A DNA stretch of 64,000 nucleotides from the NCBI GenBank assembly GCA_016748015.1, contig JAAOMT010000295.1:992001-1056000 (forward strand). Direction: 5' to 3'. Under the pieces are notes generated by a model that was not told the origin of the DNA, ran no database searches, and saw only the letters and a list, made by a program, of their open reading frames with translations. This stretch comes from Geosiphon pyriformis uo1 (Eukaryota > Fungi > Glomeromycota). Shown here piece by piece: positions 35,726 through 49,370 of this stretch (its first letter is position 1; every line of letters begins with the position of its first letter). The translations under genes were made by a program, and so were the position numbers.

Positions 35726-37169
35726 TACATATTATTTTAAAAATAAGATATTAATTTTAAATATTTTAAGTTAATTTATATATTATGTTTTTTAAAAAAT
35801 TTAACATTATTTTTGCAAATTAAATATAAAATAATTATGATTTTTGTTTTAATTAAAAAAATATTTATTATTAGAAGAAACTTGATTCTAAAAATCTGGT
35901 ATTTGTTTAGTTTAATTTTATCTTAGATTTTATTAAAGAAAATAATCTTATAAATAAAAATTTGCTTATGTTATTTACTTTATTTTATTAATGTTTGTCT
36001 AATTTTAACTGTTTTAATATAGTTAAAACTGGTTTAAATAAAGCTTATTTAAATATAATCTTAGTTTTTACAAATAAATTTGTAAAAAATATAAGTTTTT
36101 TAATATTACTAATAATATATTGACCTATTTTATTAAATTTGAATTTGGATATAAGTTTGAAATTTATAATTTAATATTGGCTAAATTATAGACAATAGCT
36201 TTAATATTAAAATACAGATTAATATTTAATAAAATTATTATTAATTTATACAATTAAAAATATATATATTAGAGTTATATATAATTAGATCTAATTTTTG
36301 TAATCAATACTAAATAAAAAACCAAATGTGTTACTAAGTTTGTTAATAAGTTTTTTACAAAAAATTTTAATTTGAAAAAGTGTGTTTTTGTGTAATATTT
36401 TAATATATATTTAAAGACTGGTTTATTAAGTTATAATATTGTTAGTTTTTATACTTATTTTATAAAAACTTACACAAAAAACTGTCTATTATTGTAAAAA
36501 AAAGACTTTATAATCTTAATTAAATTGTTTTTATTACAGATTAAAAAAGAATTCTGATTATAATTTTTATGTATTTTCAACTTTACTATAAAAAAGACTA
36601 ATATTAAAAATTGTTTTAATAAATAGATTATTTTGTTTAGTGAATTGTTTATAAATTTATTTATTTTTTAATTGTTATATAATACAGTTATTAATAATTA
36701 TATTTATATGGCTATTGTTAAAGATTTTGTTTTTAAAAATTGAGTTTTTGAATTACTTATGGTGTTTAAAAATACTGTTAAGACTAGTTTATATATCATA
36801 AGATAAGTATTTAGTTGCTGAATTCTAAGTTAAAAGTTAATTATAAAAAAGAAGATTTGATTGTTAATAATAGGTCAGTCTTGGTTAATGTTTATAAATT
36901 AACAATATATAGCTCTAAAAAACTTGTTTATAAAAAGGTTTTGCTTAAAGTCGGCTTGTTAGTTTTGGTTTTGCTGTTAGTTTGCAATTAGTTTTTGACA
37001 TGTTTTATAAACCAGTAGGTTTTTTTGGTGCTATAAATATGTAGTATAGCCTTAATTAGTTCAAGTGGTTGGTCACATGTAGAAAAGGCATAAGCCACAC
37101 TTATTTTGAAATCTTTCATTGTAGTAGGTAATAGTTGGCTGCATTCGTTAAATAAAAAAAAAAATTAAG

Positions 37170-37263
37170 ATCATGAGCCACATTTATTTTAGGGCAGTTT
37201 TTGCTGTATTGTAATAGGTAGTGGTTGGGCCACACTCGTTAATGCGAGATAAAATAAAAAAAT
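37170..37263 (+). repeat. Second short LINE 3'-tail copy
   Basis: Imperfect tandem duplicate of 37092-37164, ending in an A-rich tail. Confidence 0.6.
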
Positions 37264-37845
37264 GAAGATAGAAAATATGTGAAAATTTGCATTGTATTTT
37301 TCAAGTGGCTTGCAATCATTAAAGTTTTATGTATTATATTATTTTATAGTTTCTTTTATTAAGAAACATAAAGCAATAAATAAACTTTATGGTAAGATTA
37401 TATTATAAGAAAAGCTTGATAAAGTGAATCAATCTTTTCCGAATTTCTTTAAATTTTTTAAATCGAAAAACTTTTAAAGTATAAGATTAGTCAAGTTATC
37501 ATAACAGAGAGATTAATCTAAAACCAAATTGTTTTTTAATTTCAACATATTGTCAGAATTGACATTTTCCAAAAGAAATTTTCAAAACTTTCACTGACTG
37601 ATATATTTGTCATTTTAATAAACAGTTTTGTTTATGGTAACGAGAACCTGAATTGGCAAAAGTCTAACAAATTCCTTGATTAATTGCATGCTTACAAGGA
37701 TAATGGAATGAGAATTTTGTAAATATCATAGAAAAGGAAGAACATTTTATTATTTAAAAAGAATCGTTTAATTTACATTGTTTATCCTATTTATAGACAT
37801 GAATTTAACAACCCAAAACTTTATAAGACTCAAACATCTAACCCA

Positions 37846-38342
37846 TCATTTGTTCGCATTGTCGTCGTACAATTTGTCGGCAGCTTTGTTAGCATAACGT
37901 TTAGCCTTTTGCTTATCAACGAAGTCCATACCTTTAGTTTCGACCAACTTGAATATTGAAAATAAAAAGTTAATAAATTGAAATTGAGAAATCAAAAAGA
38001 TCAATTACCTTATCAACCGAAGCAGCTGCAATAGCTGCTAAAGCAGCCTTGCCATTTGAGTGTGGTTCATCAGGATTGCGCTTTTTTTCGTAGAGCCTGT
38101 ATGCTTCAAAGGCAGCAGCCCCGGCAATAACTTGGTGAGCAAGATGGGATTCGTGTTTTTTGAGTTCCGCTGCGTCTTGGTGAACTTTCTTGTGATGAGA
38201 TTCAGCGGTTTCAAGGTTAAATTCACTGGTGTCAAATTCATCTAGTTTTAATTGATAATTAATTTAAGAATTAGCAAAGTATCAGAAATCCCATTTAATG
38301 TTTAAAAATAATTTTGGAATTTTTACCCTTATGGTGAGACAT
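37846..38342 (-). CDS. CipC-like protein (DUF3759), 116 aa, 3 exons: 38342-38327, 38241-38009, 37947-37846
   Basis: Spliced translation MSHHKDEF...HESHLAHQVIAGAAAFEAYRLYE...AAIAAASVDK/LVETKGMDFVDKQKAKRYANKAADKLYDD. Both introns are GT-AG and the frame is intact. Matches the CipC signature H.L.H..IAGAA.FEA...VDKLVETKG.DF.D. Confidence 0.9.
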
Positions 38343-38444
38343 TATGAGAAAAAAGTTTTGCAGAAAGTTTTGAAGAAAGTTTGTATATGTGTTTTTTGAT
38401 AAATCCAAATAAGCGATGAAGAGAAAAAGAGAGAATGAGTTTCT

Positions 38445-38451
38445 TTTTATA
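38445..38451 (-). promoter_or_regulatory. Putative TATA box of the CipC-like gene
   Basis: TATAAAA about 100 bp upstream of the ATG, followed by a CT-rich tract. Confidence 0.5.
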
Positions 38452-40099
38452 AAGGTTTTTAACTTGTGAATGGGATCTTTACTTTCTGTCCTAATTTCGA
38501 TATTATACCCGAACTTGTTCATTTAGCAATTATTTCGTCTAACTTTTTCGGTAAATAGCATTTTCAGCTTACAAGAGATCTTAAAAAGACTTCATTAAGC
38601 CTATCATTAAATCTTATCCCAATCTCAAAATTGACTTTTCTCGAAATAAATAATCTCTGAATCGCTATTGTTCTTACATTCTTTTGACTGCATGATCTAA
38701 TATTCACTCGCCCACCCTTTGCTGATATGGGCATCTGAACCAGCTAGGAGTTTGTTGATGGGCCAACTCAAAGTGGAGATCTCACATGAAAAAAGAATTT
38801 TATCCAAAATTATCTCCTTCAATTGCTAAGGTTAGAATTTCCTTTTTTTGATTTATTTTCCGGAATATATATATATATTTTTTTGAAATGCTTTAATAAG
38901 TGTAGTCCAACCATTATGGATTAATCCAAGATAACTAATCGTGGAACAAGAAAAAATAATAGTCAGAATTGAGATCGAAAGTCTAAAATATTTTTGTCGA
39001 ATAAATAGATTTCGGCTTATAAGTTATTGAATAAACAAAGAATGGGATTCTTATATATCAGTTTTTTCATCCTAACTCTTTTTATTTTGGTTTTGAATCT
39101 CGAGCTGGAATTGAAAGGAATCAGTAAGTCATCTTTTAAAAAGAATTCCTTCTTGCCACAGATTAAAATTTGGAGTTCATATTTTCTATGTATTTAGATT
39201 ATTCAATTTTTAAGGAATCGGGACTTTTTGTTAAATCTTTTAACACTAGAAGAGAGAATTGAATAATGGGACTGCATAACTTTAATTCAAATATTAAGGT
39301 TTGTTACTAAGTTAGCCCATATCTGAATTGGTTTAGTTACTTCGGGTGTTACAATGCACAGAATTATTGACAATGATACGCGAACAAAGAATCTGTGTAT
39401 TATATTGTTTGGTATCAAAAATGTTGTGAAACCTTATAAGCTGGCTGATAAATATGCTAAAAAGTTCATCTTGCCTAATCACTAATTTAGAGTCCTCTAT
39501 CCTTATCAAATAATCAATATGGGCTCACAAATTATGGAATTCAACCAATTTTTAAGAATAAAAATTTATAATTCTTTAGGCAAATGTATTAAGAGTTAGC
39601 CAAATATTTTATAATAGTGAGATACTATCTAATTTAAGCGGTTTTATTTATGATTTTTAATTTTATTAATCCCTTATAAATTTTGATTTTTACTTCTGAA
39701 AATGAATAGAAATGGAATAAAATTATGTTACAATAGATAATTTTATCAAAAACTTTTAAAAAAGCTGCTATTTAACAAATAATTAAGCAGATAATTTAAG
39801 ATTCTTGGAAAAACTACTTTTGATTTTCGAGCTTATATTAGCAATTCAATTAAAGCTTATATTGTTATGTTAATTTTAAAAAAAATTATTGTAAATTTCA
39901 ATAAAATTAGAAACTATAATTCGAGTAATAAATAAAAAATACTTGTTTCTTTTAATGTGATTTTCAATTCGAATCAATTTTTTTGGTTTTTATTCGTTGC
40001 AATTTTTAGTTAGTTTTTATTCGAATAAGATAATAATATGAAAATTATTTTGAATTTTTTTGTTTGATTTAGTTATTTTTTTATAATTTAAGAAACTTG

Positions 40100-43000
40100 A
40101 ACTAATTACATTTTTTTTCTTTATTATTAACAGTATATATGAGATTTTTTTGAGGTGTTTTAAAATTGAAAACTTGTTTTTTTTATAATGCTTTATTAAG
40201 TGTTATTAATTATAATAAATATGGTTTATGTACTTTTTACACATTATTAACCATTCTAGCCAATCAAAACTATATTATGCTTAAAGCTACATACACAACT
40301 GTACAACTTTTATTAAAAACACTTTAATGTTTTTTAAAAACATCCAAATTATATGCTTAAAACCTCTTTAGTTTTTTTATTATATCTTTATTGACCATAT
40401 AATTTATTTAATTCAACAATTTTTTAAAAAATTCAAGCAAATTGGTTATTTATAAAAACAAAATTCTGAACTTAAATTTTTAAAAACACAAGTTTTTTAT
40501 TATAAATAAAAATTGTTTAGAAATAATAATAATAAAACAATACAGCCAAATATTAATTTGTGTTTATTTTACTAGATTATATTATTATTGTTATTGTTTA
40601 AATCAAAAAAATTATTATTTTTTATAATTTAATTAAAACTAATTACTATTGTTAAATTAATAATAAAAAACCATAATCAAACAATTAGATTAAAAAATTA
40701 AACCAAACTTGTTTTTTTAAAAAAACAGATTTAAAAATAATAATAATAATAAACAATATTTTATTATAAATTTGGTTATTAAAAATCTTAAATTTTTAGT
40801 GTATTATTTAAAAAGCCTTTATTTAAAAAAAATTAATTAATTAAAATAAAAAATCTTTTTTTTTCTGTTCTTTTTAATGATTTTATACTTAAAAAGTTGC
40901 TTATTAAGTTACTTTTTTTTTAAGTTTGTAGCAACTAATTTTTTGATGTTTTTATTAGTTCTATTACAATTGTGCCAATTATAATACTCATTTTTAATTT
41001 GGTTATAAACAATAATCTTTTTTTTATTTTAAATAATAGTAATAGTAACATATTTGTCAAATTAGTTCTAATTAATATATAGTTAAATTGCTTAATATAT
41101 TGAATTTTAATTAATTTTTACCAGTTTTAAAAGCAAAACAAACCACAATTTTACATAAAACTTTATTTAATTAATTTATTAAGTTACTTAACTTTAAAAA
41201 TTAATTAATAAAATAAAAATAAAGCATCTTTTTTTTGTTTTTAATAATATAATTAATTTTAACAATATTTAAAAAATTATTACAAATTATTAAATAAGTA
41301 ATCTTATTTGGTTTTTAGTAAAATTATAAAAATCAAATTAATTTATATTAAGACTGTTTTTTAGTATTAGGTTTTTTTGTATAAAGTTTGTTTTTAAGTT
41401 TTTTTAAATATTGTTATTAAAATTAATCCTGTTAAATATTTTTTATTATTATTTTAAAATTGAAAAATCTTATATAATTCTTGTTTTTGTTGTTATAACT
41501 TTGTATAATGTTTTTACAAATGTTTTTTTTAACAAAATTAAAAATTTTTTAAGTGTTAAGCTAAAATTTGCTGGTTTATAACAATATATTATTGTGTATT
41601 TTAAGTTTTTTAAAACTGCTAAAGCTGTTTTTACTTGTTAATTGGTTTTAATAGTAAAAAAATTAATTATTATAAAGTTATTATTTAACTAAATTTTATT
41701 ATTACATAATTTAAGTTTATTTATTTACATATTTTTATTTTTATTAAAATATAACATATATATAAATTTTTTCAATTTAAACTAAAATTTTAAATAATTT
41801 AATTATTAATTTACCCAATTTTAACAATTTGGTTTTTAAATTTAATAATTAATTAATTTTAATTATATCAAATACATTTTTAAAATTTAATAAAATTACA
41901 ATATAAAACACTAAAATACTTATATATTTAATTAAGAATTATTAAATAGCTAAGTTTTGTAAATTAAAATTCAAAAAAACCAATTTAAACTTAATAAAAT
42001 TTTTATTTTTAAATACAAAAGCTATAAACAAAAAAAACGATAACTTTAATATAAAAAAAACAAAACCAGTTAATTTATCAAAAATAATTTGAAAAACATT
42101 AAAACATTTAAAAAAAATATTTAACAATTTTAAAAAAATAATTTTATAATAAAAACCAAGTTATTTAAACTTTAGCATTTATAATAACACCAATATTTAA
42201 AAGTTTTTTTTATTAAACACAAATTTTTTTTAAAGTATTAGTTTTGAAAATAACAGTTTTAAAAGTTATCTTAAATTTGAAATAATAATAACAACATATT
42301 TTTGGTAGTAGTTAAAATCAGATAATTAGAAAATAAAACAAATCTGATTATATATTTACAAAATTATATTGTTAATCTTAAAGACTGTATAAATTAAAAA
42401 AAAATTAACCAATTTAGTCTTAAAAAAATTGCAAAATACAATTATTATTTTTTGTAATAAAAAGGTTTGTTTTTATTTTAATAGCATAATATAATTATTT
42501 GTAATAATAAAATTTAATGGGTTATAATTGTATTTTATTAAATCAGGTTTTTAAAATGTTAAAATTGATTTATTTTAAAATTTTTAATTTATATTAATAT
42601 TGCAATATACGAAAATTGATTTTAATATAATTTTTAAATTGGAAAAATTGTTTCAAAATACTCAATATTAATTTCGTATATATTTAATAATTATTTTATA
42701 CAAATTTATACCAAAATAATAATTTTTATTTAATTAATAATTTTTTAAATTATATTTACATAAATAATTTTGATCGTAATATGAATATAAAGCCACATTT
42801 TAAAAATAATAATAAACATAATAAATTTACAGTTTTATTTTTTAATTGAAAATTGAAAAATTATTTAAAAAATCAAGTAAATTAATTTTAAAAAATCTTT
42901 TATAATTAAAATTTTATTTAAATGAAAATATATATTACAAAAAGAATTTTGATTTTCACCAAAAAAACCAGAAATTGCAAAAATTTATTAAAAAGTTACA

Positions 43001-43400
43001 CTTTTAAAAAAATCTACAAACAAATTAATATTTAAAAAAATTATTTGACAATAATAAAAATTATTTTTAAAATTGTATTTAAAAATTGATTTAATTTTTT
43101 AATCAAAAAAAACCAATTAAAATTAATTAATTAATTAATTATATTAACAATTAATATACACAAGATAAAAAAATAGAAACACAAATATAATATAATCTTT
43201 GTTTCAAAAAATATCGTATAGAACACAAATTTGAATATTTTGAAATAGTAATAAAAATTCCACCATATGATAAAATTTAATTACACATAAAAAAAAAAGA
43301 TATAATTTATATCACAATATATAAAAATAATGTATAAATCGAATTATAAATTTTGCAACATTTCTTTTATTACCATGCAAACCATATTAATCTCAGCATT
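40100..43400. other. Extremely AT-rich decayed sequence, probably TE-derived
   Basis: Same composition as the confirmed fossil at 31-37 kb. No motif could be assigned securely. Confidence 0.4.
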
Positions 43401-44968
43401 AATAATAAATAAAATTGTATTTTATTATTTCAAATATTTTTGGTCATTGGATTTTTATTTCGCTTGTAATTGCTAACTTTTTTCCAGTTATAGTGTTGTT
43501 TTAATTAAATTTGATGTTTTTATTCAAGAACACAAAGTGATATATATATTTTCATGTGATATGAATAAAGATATATAATATATTTTAAGAGATAATTAAA
43601 TTTCTTTTTATTAAAAAAAAGTGATCGAAAGGTTAATGGGGGACGTATTCCCCATCCATGATCATCAATTATCAATGGACAATTTATAAAAAGCAATAAT
43701 TGGTTATTAAAAAGCAAAAGTTATATTAATAATCATTGAGATGAAACGGTACAAATTTAATGTGGTACACTAATTAGAAATTTCTTGGGGGGGGGGGGGG
43801 GTAAAATTGGTCGCAGAAGAATGATTATAAGAAGATAGATTTAATCTTACTTGTGTTATTAAAGCTTATTATTTATGGAGCAATTCTATGTAAAAAAAAA
43901 AAAGTTTTTTTATTATGTCAGTCAAAGTTGTTGTTTTGGATCTTACCTTTTAGAGTAAAGATCCACATAGAAAAATAATTCAGAAAATCGTGTATTAGGT
44001 AAATAGTGTACAAATCCTTGGGTCCTGCAAATTGGATGATGTTTAGAGAATTTTGTGGGACATAAAAATTAAGGTTGTTGATTATTTGGGGGTACTGATA
44101 CTCTATTTTTATTTATTTATTTATTTTCAAGCAAACAAATTAAAAGTTTATATATCATTTATTGAGATATCATCAACTTTAGGAGTTAATCAAAAATTGA
44201 AAAAAAAAAGATATTCAAGATTAAAATAAAATTAATTTCTTTATTGGCTTTTTCATTTTGGGAGTGTGATTTGAAAAGAAAATATGACAAAATTTTAATG
44301 GTTTATTTTTTAACATATTTGATTCGTTGTAAAATTGAGAAACAACATGAATCCCAAAATAAACTTTCCGTTAGGTAGTAAGCAAGCCATTTCATTGATT
44401 TTTCCTATTATGTAATAGACTATAAAAGTGTGAAAAAAAGCTTCCAAAAAGTGAATTAGACGTATTTTTATCAGCACATGATGTTTCAAAATAAAATGTG
44501 AGCACAGATCCATTTTATTAATTCATTCTAGAAAATAAAAAAAATAATAATATTAAAGTTCTGTGAGCTTTTGAGTTGAACATAATTATATCGGCAGAAA
44601 GTTCCAAAATTACAATTTTTATGGAAACTGAAGATCCCCCAATATTACCTACCTTTTGACCCTTTTCCACATTTTAATTGGATATTTGTACAAATATTGG
44701 GTTTGAATGATCAGCATGTGTTGAAAAATTGGAAACAAAATTAGATAATCGTATTTACCTGCCCTGCTTGTACAAAATTCGTTCTTTAAAGAAAAGGCTA
44801 TTGGAAATTCTAGATCTAAAGCTTTTGATCAATCTTATCAAATATGAAAATTTTGTTCAAAAATTTTCTGAAAACCAAAATTATGTTTGAAGCTGCATGA
44901 ATATTCATTATGCCAGCACGAAATAAACAATTTCTATTGTAAAATCTAATTGTTCAAAAAATTATTTT

Positions 44969-45150
<182 letters not shown>

Positions 45151-45436
45151 GTTTATCTTTATTACAAATAATTTATCATATAGTAAAACGGTAAAAATTA
45201 ATCTTGTAAAAAAAAATTTTTTGTTAAAAAAAACTCCGAGAAAAACTGCTTTGAAATTTATTTCTAGACTCGCATTAGATAAAATTCGATTAACTCAAAT
45301 TCCTCTCTTTTGAATATATTATAGACTCGCTAATATTTTATTTCTTGATGTATAAAAAAATTTTTTAATTCGAAATTCTTTAATCGAGTAAATTTTAAAT
45401 TAAAGCAAAACATTAAAAAGAGAAATTTACTTGCCC

Positions 45437-45444
45437 TAGTAGTA

Positions 45445-45495
<51 letters not shown>

Positions 45496-45518
45496 GTAAT
45501 AGTAGTAATAATAGTAAT
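45437..45518. repeat. (TAA/TAG)n microsatellite
   Basis: Seen directly in the sequence. Confidence 0.95.
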
Positions 45519-46890
45519 GAAAAATTTTTTAATTATTCACATGAATCGTACAAATAATTAGGGAATTGAACGTTAGTTGCTCCAAAAAAGTGAGATTAAT
45601 TTTTAGATTCGAGTAACCCATAATTCCTCCAGGTTTGAAAAAAAATTTACCTACTTCAAAATTTTATGAGGATCAAAATCTATTAAATAATCAAAAATCT
45701 TGGCATGATGCACAAAACTCATCAGCTGTACTTTTTTATCAAAAATTGATCAGGAAAATAGAAAGACCGAAGTCTTTTTTTGGAGCGTTTAATAACAAAA
45801 GTTAGATTTTTGTGATAGTAACTCGTTGTGATCACTTTGTTAGTTTCCCCTTTCTCAAAACAATATTAATAAAAATATATAAAAATATACATTCTAACCC
45901 CTTAAACGAACCATATTAATAACGTTAATTAAAATACAATTTTTTCATGGGGGTGCTTCCATTGTAAATGTATTAAATTATGATCGACCATACCCGTCAA
46001 TGCATCAAATTAACTTTATGAAAAGTTCTTAAACAATGTTCCATATAAGCTGAAAAAGGTCATAAACTATTGAATACTTAATAAATACTGAAAATTTTTT
46101 CAATGCCAGGAAAACACTTTTCAGAAAATGGTTACTATATTAAGTTATCCCTGTAAATTAATGGATTATAAATTATATGTACTTCAAATTATTCCCCTCT
46201 CCCTCCCCCTCCCTTCTCCTCCCCCTTCCCCTCCTCTCTCCCTTATTCAAATGAGAATATAATTATTCTTTGTGAATCTTCAAAAATAAGGTTTTTGAGA
46301 GGCTTAATAATCTAATCACGGAATTTATCCAGCTGAGTATTGGTTAATTTAAAACCAAACAATGTTCAGACTGTCTCTTCACTAAAGTCAATATCAGATA
46401 AGAATGTTTGCATTTTTTAGCGTTATAGGAAAGAAATTTTGAAATTATAAAAATTTTGCAGAAACACCGTAAATATGTTTAAAAGAATCAGTCAAATTTC
46501 TCAATCGTCTGTCCGTAAAAAAAAAACGCAAAGCAAAATTACACTTTCCAAAAGATTAGAAACTACATGTGCTTAATTTATTCATTGACACGTGTACCGT
46601 GCTATCAAGGTACAATATCAGAATATGCACTGACCAGTTTCGCAATTACAAACTAAAATCATGCGTGCCTAGCACAAGTATCGTATAACTCGATCGTTTG
46701 GGACGGTTTTTTTAATTAAAAAATAAACTTTCATACGATAATATTAAATATGTTTAATATCAAATAAATATCAAAAATAAATAAATAATAATTTATGAAA
46801 AGATGGGAAATCACCTTTTTTTTCCAGGTTCAGCATATACAACTTAAATTTTAAAACCAGTGCTGCTGAAATGGTTTTGCGAAAATGCCG

Positions 46891-46931
<41 letters not shown>

Positions 46932-46936
46932 ATCAA
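46891..46936. repeat. (AATC)n microsatellite
   Basis: Seen directly in the sequence. Confidence 0.95.
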
Positions 46937-47726
46937 TTACTTTTCGGAAGTACAATCCATACAAAACAAACATTGATTATATCTTGTTTCACATTATTGC
47001 ATATTTCAAAAGAATTTTCGAAGATGATACCACAATTCAAAAAAGTTTTGAAGCACTGCAGGAATTTAACTTGACAATTCTTGATTTTAAACAATGGCAC
47101 AAAAAATTTTTCCGAAAATTCCTACCCCTAAACATATGCGTTTTTAATCTGAGAAAAAATTCTCACAAATTACCGACATAATAGGAATTGCAATGACCAT
47201 CTTGGAATCAGGAGGAGGAAAACCTTGCTGTTCTTGGAATTCTTGATGATGTTGATGTTAATGTTGATCTTGGTGTTTATAAGAACTTTTAATACAGGAA
47301 TACAAACTGCAAAAAAAATTAACATTGTGACCCAAGTGAATTAGATATTTTTTAACTTGATCTTATTAAAAATAAATTTAAAATGCTCAATTACTTTTAA
47401 TTATAAGAAAATTTTGAAAATCTTAGAAATTATGAAACATAAAGAAATCACTTATTTTAAAATCTTAAGAAATATGAAATTGGAGTGTTTGGTAGTCAAA
47501 AATAATTTTCATGAATTGACCATAGATCAAAAATGGTTACAGAAAGAATATGTCTATCACAAAAAAAATCACACTTTTGTGAAAAAAATTCAAGTTATTA
47601 TTATTATGATTATTATTTTTATAACTACTATCATAAACAAAATTCCTTTCTTTAATAGGAAAAAATCTTTTATTTTATTTTCAAATCATTTCCCTAGAAA
47701 AAAAGCTTGAATCTTTGAAAATCTTT

Positions 47727-48121
47727 TTAATGGTTTGTAGAAAATTCCCAGTTTGTTGGAATCGTATTATCAATCAAATATTGATGAGTTTGTCTGTTGT
47801 TTGAACTTGAAGCATTCGTATTATTTATATGCATTTGAAAATTTGAAGGAAAAAACAAATGGTTTTGCTCAAAATTTGGATATAAATGATTACTCCTAAT
47901 AGGTAGTGAATTATCACGTAAATGACCATAGTGAGGACTGATTGAAGGACTTTTTGTTATTGAAGGTGATGAAGTTGGAGGTAAAGTAATTTGCCTGGAT
48001 AAATTTTCTGTTGTCATTTGATTACGATGATCGATTGGTGTTATGATCAATGGAAGAGTTGAAGGATGAATTTGACGACGTTGATGATTATGATAAGGAG
48101 TTTCAAAAGGTGGAATTGTAC

Positions 48122-48169
<48 letters not shown>

Positions 48170-48368
48170 AGGATAGAGGTAAATTTCCAATAAAATTGGA
48201 ATCACTTCTTTTTGGTACCATAGCAGTTGAGGTTTGTTGTCGATTATTATTATTATTATTATTATAATTATTATTATTACTGTTATCATTAATATGATTA
48301 TTATGATTTTTATTTTTATCATCATTATTTTTATCGTTATTATATAGAAAGTTAGAAGCATGTTGGTT

Positions 48369-48401
<33 letters not shown>

Positions 48402-48890
48402 TTGAGAAGAAACATTTTTTTGTTGACTTGAAGAAGTTTTAGGATATTTTCGATTATATATTTTACTCGCTTCTCTAGCAAGTCCTTCATAATGCTCAAC
48501 AATAACCTCTGGTTCTTCTTTCCAACAGCTTGCCACGGCTGAAGAAACTTCTCTCATGGGTAAACGATATCCTTTGGCTTGTAATTCTTCTACATATTTC
48601 TTTCTATAAATCATAAATGCATTCGGTGGTTTGGAGGGAATTTTTCCTTTCCTGTGTCGTAAAATTAATTCTTCTGGATTTATATGAGGAGGGAAAGGTA
48701 TTTTGATTGTTGGCCGAGGTAAAATGAATCTTTTATGATGATGATGATGATTATGATGGGAATTGGCTGATGAAATGCTTGCTGATTCATCAATTATCAA
48801 CCATTGCTGCTGCTGCTGCTGAGGTTGATGAGGCCTTAGTTCTGATGTGGGTAAGTGAGTCTGGACTAATTTCCTATTGTTGTCTGTCAT
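47727..48890 (-). CDS. MATA-type HMG-box transcription factor (387 aa) with poly-Q/N/H tracts
   Basis: HMG box SKPPNAFMIYRKKYV..LPMREVSSAVASCWKEEPEVIVEHYEGLAREA, preceded by PTIKIPFPP.I.PEEL. Intact single-exon ORF. Confidence 0.92.
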
Positions 48891-49318
48891 ATTGCAAGGG
48901 TCAGTAGAGAAGTATTATTTGAGACAAAAAGAAAGCTACAAACAAAAGTCTTTAAAGATGTCAAATTTAGTAGGGACTTTGTTGATTTAGTGCTTTTCAT
49001 GAAAAACTACAAAAAACAAAAATAAATCAAAAAAGACTTTTGATTGAGGCTAAAAGAACAAGTTTTTTTTTTCATAGAATGAACGAATTCAGGAGGAGTC
49101 CATTTGAGAATAGAATAGAAATGAAGTGACAAAATTAATCAGAATCAATTCGAAAAAATAAAGACCTTTTATGTTAATATAGAAGTAGTACAAAAACTAT
49201 TCAAATATATATTTCACGTTTAAACTTATTATTATTTTTTTACTAATAATTGACGAGTAGTTAATTCATTATTCTTTACATTCAATTCCTAAATCATTTT
49301 GGGATTTTTTTATATAAT

Positions 49319-49319
49319 A

Positions 49320-49369
<50 letters not shown>
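49319..49369. repeat. (ATT)n microsatellite upstream of the HMG gene
   Basis: Seen directly in the sequence. Confidence 0.95.

Positions 49370-49370
<1 letters not shown>

Larger units (their letters stand above)
31300..37164 (+). mobile_element. Older, heavily eroded LINE of the same family (interrupted by the pogo element); true 5' end uncertain
   Basis: By-eye nucleotide homology to the younger LINE. APE IVTKTKL at about 31400, RT VFINNTI* at 33398-33421 (from FVDDTIW), RNase H LAKL*TIALILK at about 36177, ORF2 stop at about 37044, similar 3' UTR and poly(A) at 37154-37164. Confidence 0.8.

Noticed and set aside
38038-38522. ORF-track ORFs 38038-38241, 38060-38245 and 38295-38522
   Set aside because: These are wrong-frame, antisense or intron-readthrough shadows of the spliced CipC-like gene.
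44600-44800. Possible RING-like remnant (ACVEKLETKLDNRI / TCPAC)
   Set aside because: It needs a frameshift and lacks the upstream Cys/His ligands, so support is too thin.
47170-47312. Possible extra 3' exon of the HMG gene (TTTTTTTTGCAG acceptor, H/Q-rich frame)
   Set aside because: The protein-like frame has a stop and no donor could be assigned. It may be UTR.
46871-47710. ORFs 46871-47074, 46885-47181 and 47357-47710
   Set aside because: They are driven by the AATC microsatellite and AT-rich composition, with no recognisable domain.
48167-48502. Poly-Ile/Asn ORF, and the similar ORFs at 53213-53622
   Set aside because: They are alternative-frame translations of (AAT/ATT)n microsatellites.
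47727-48890. HMG gene as a sexP/sexM mating-type locus
   Set aside because: No flanking TPT, RNA helicase or homeodomain genes in the window, and the family is highly multicopy in this lineage.
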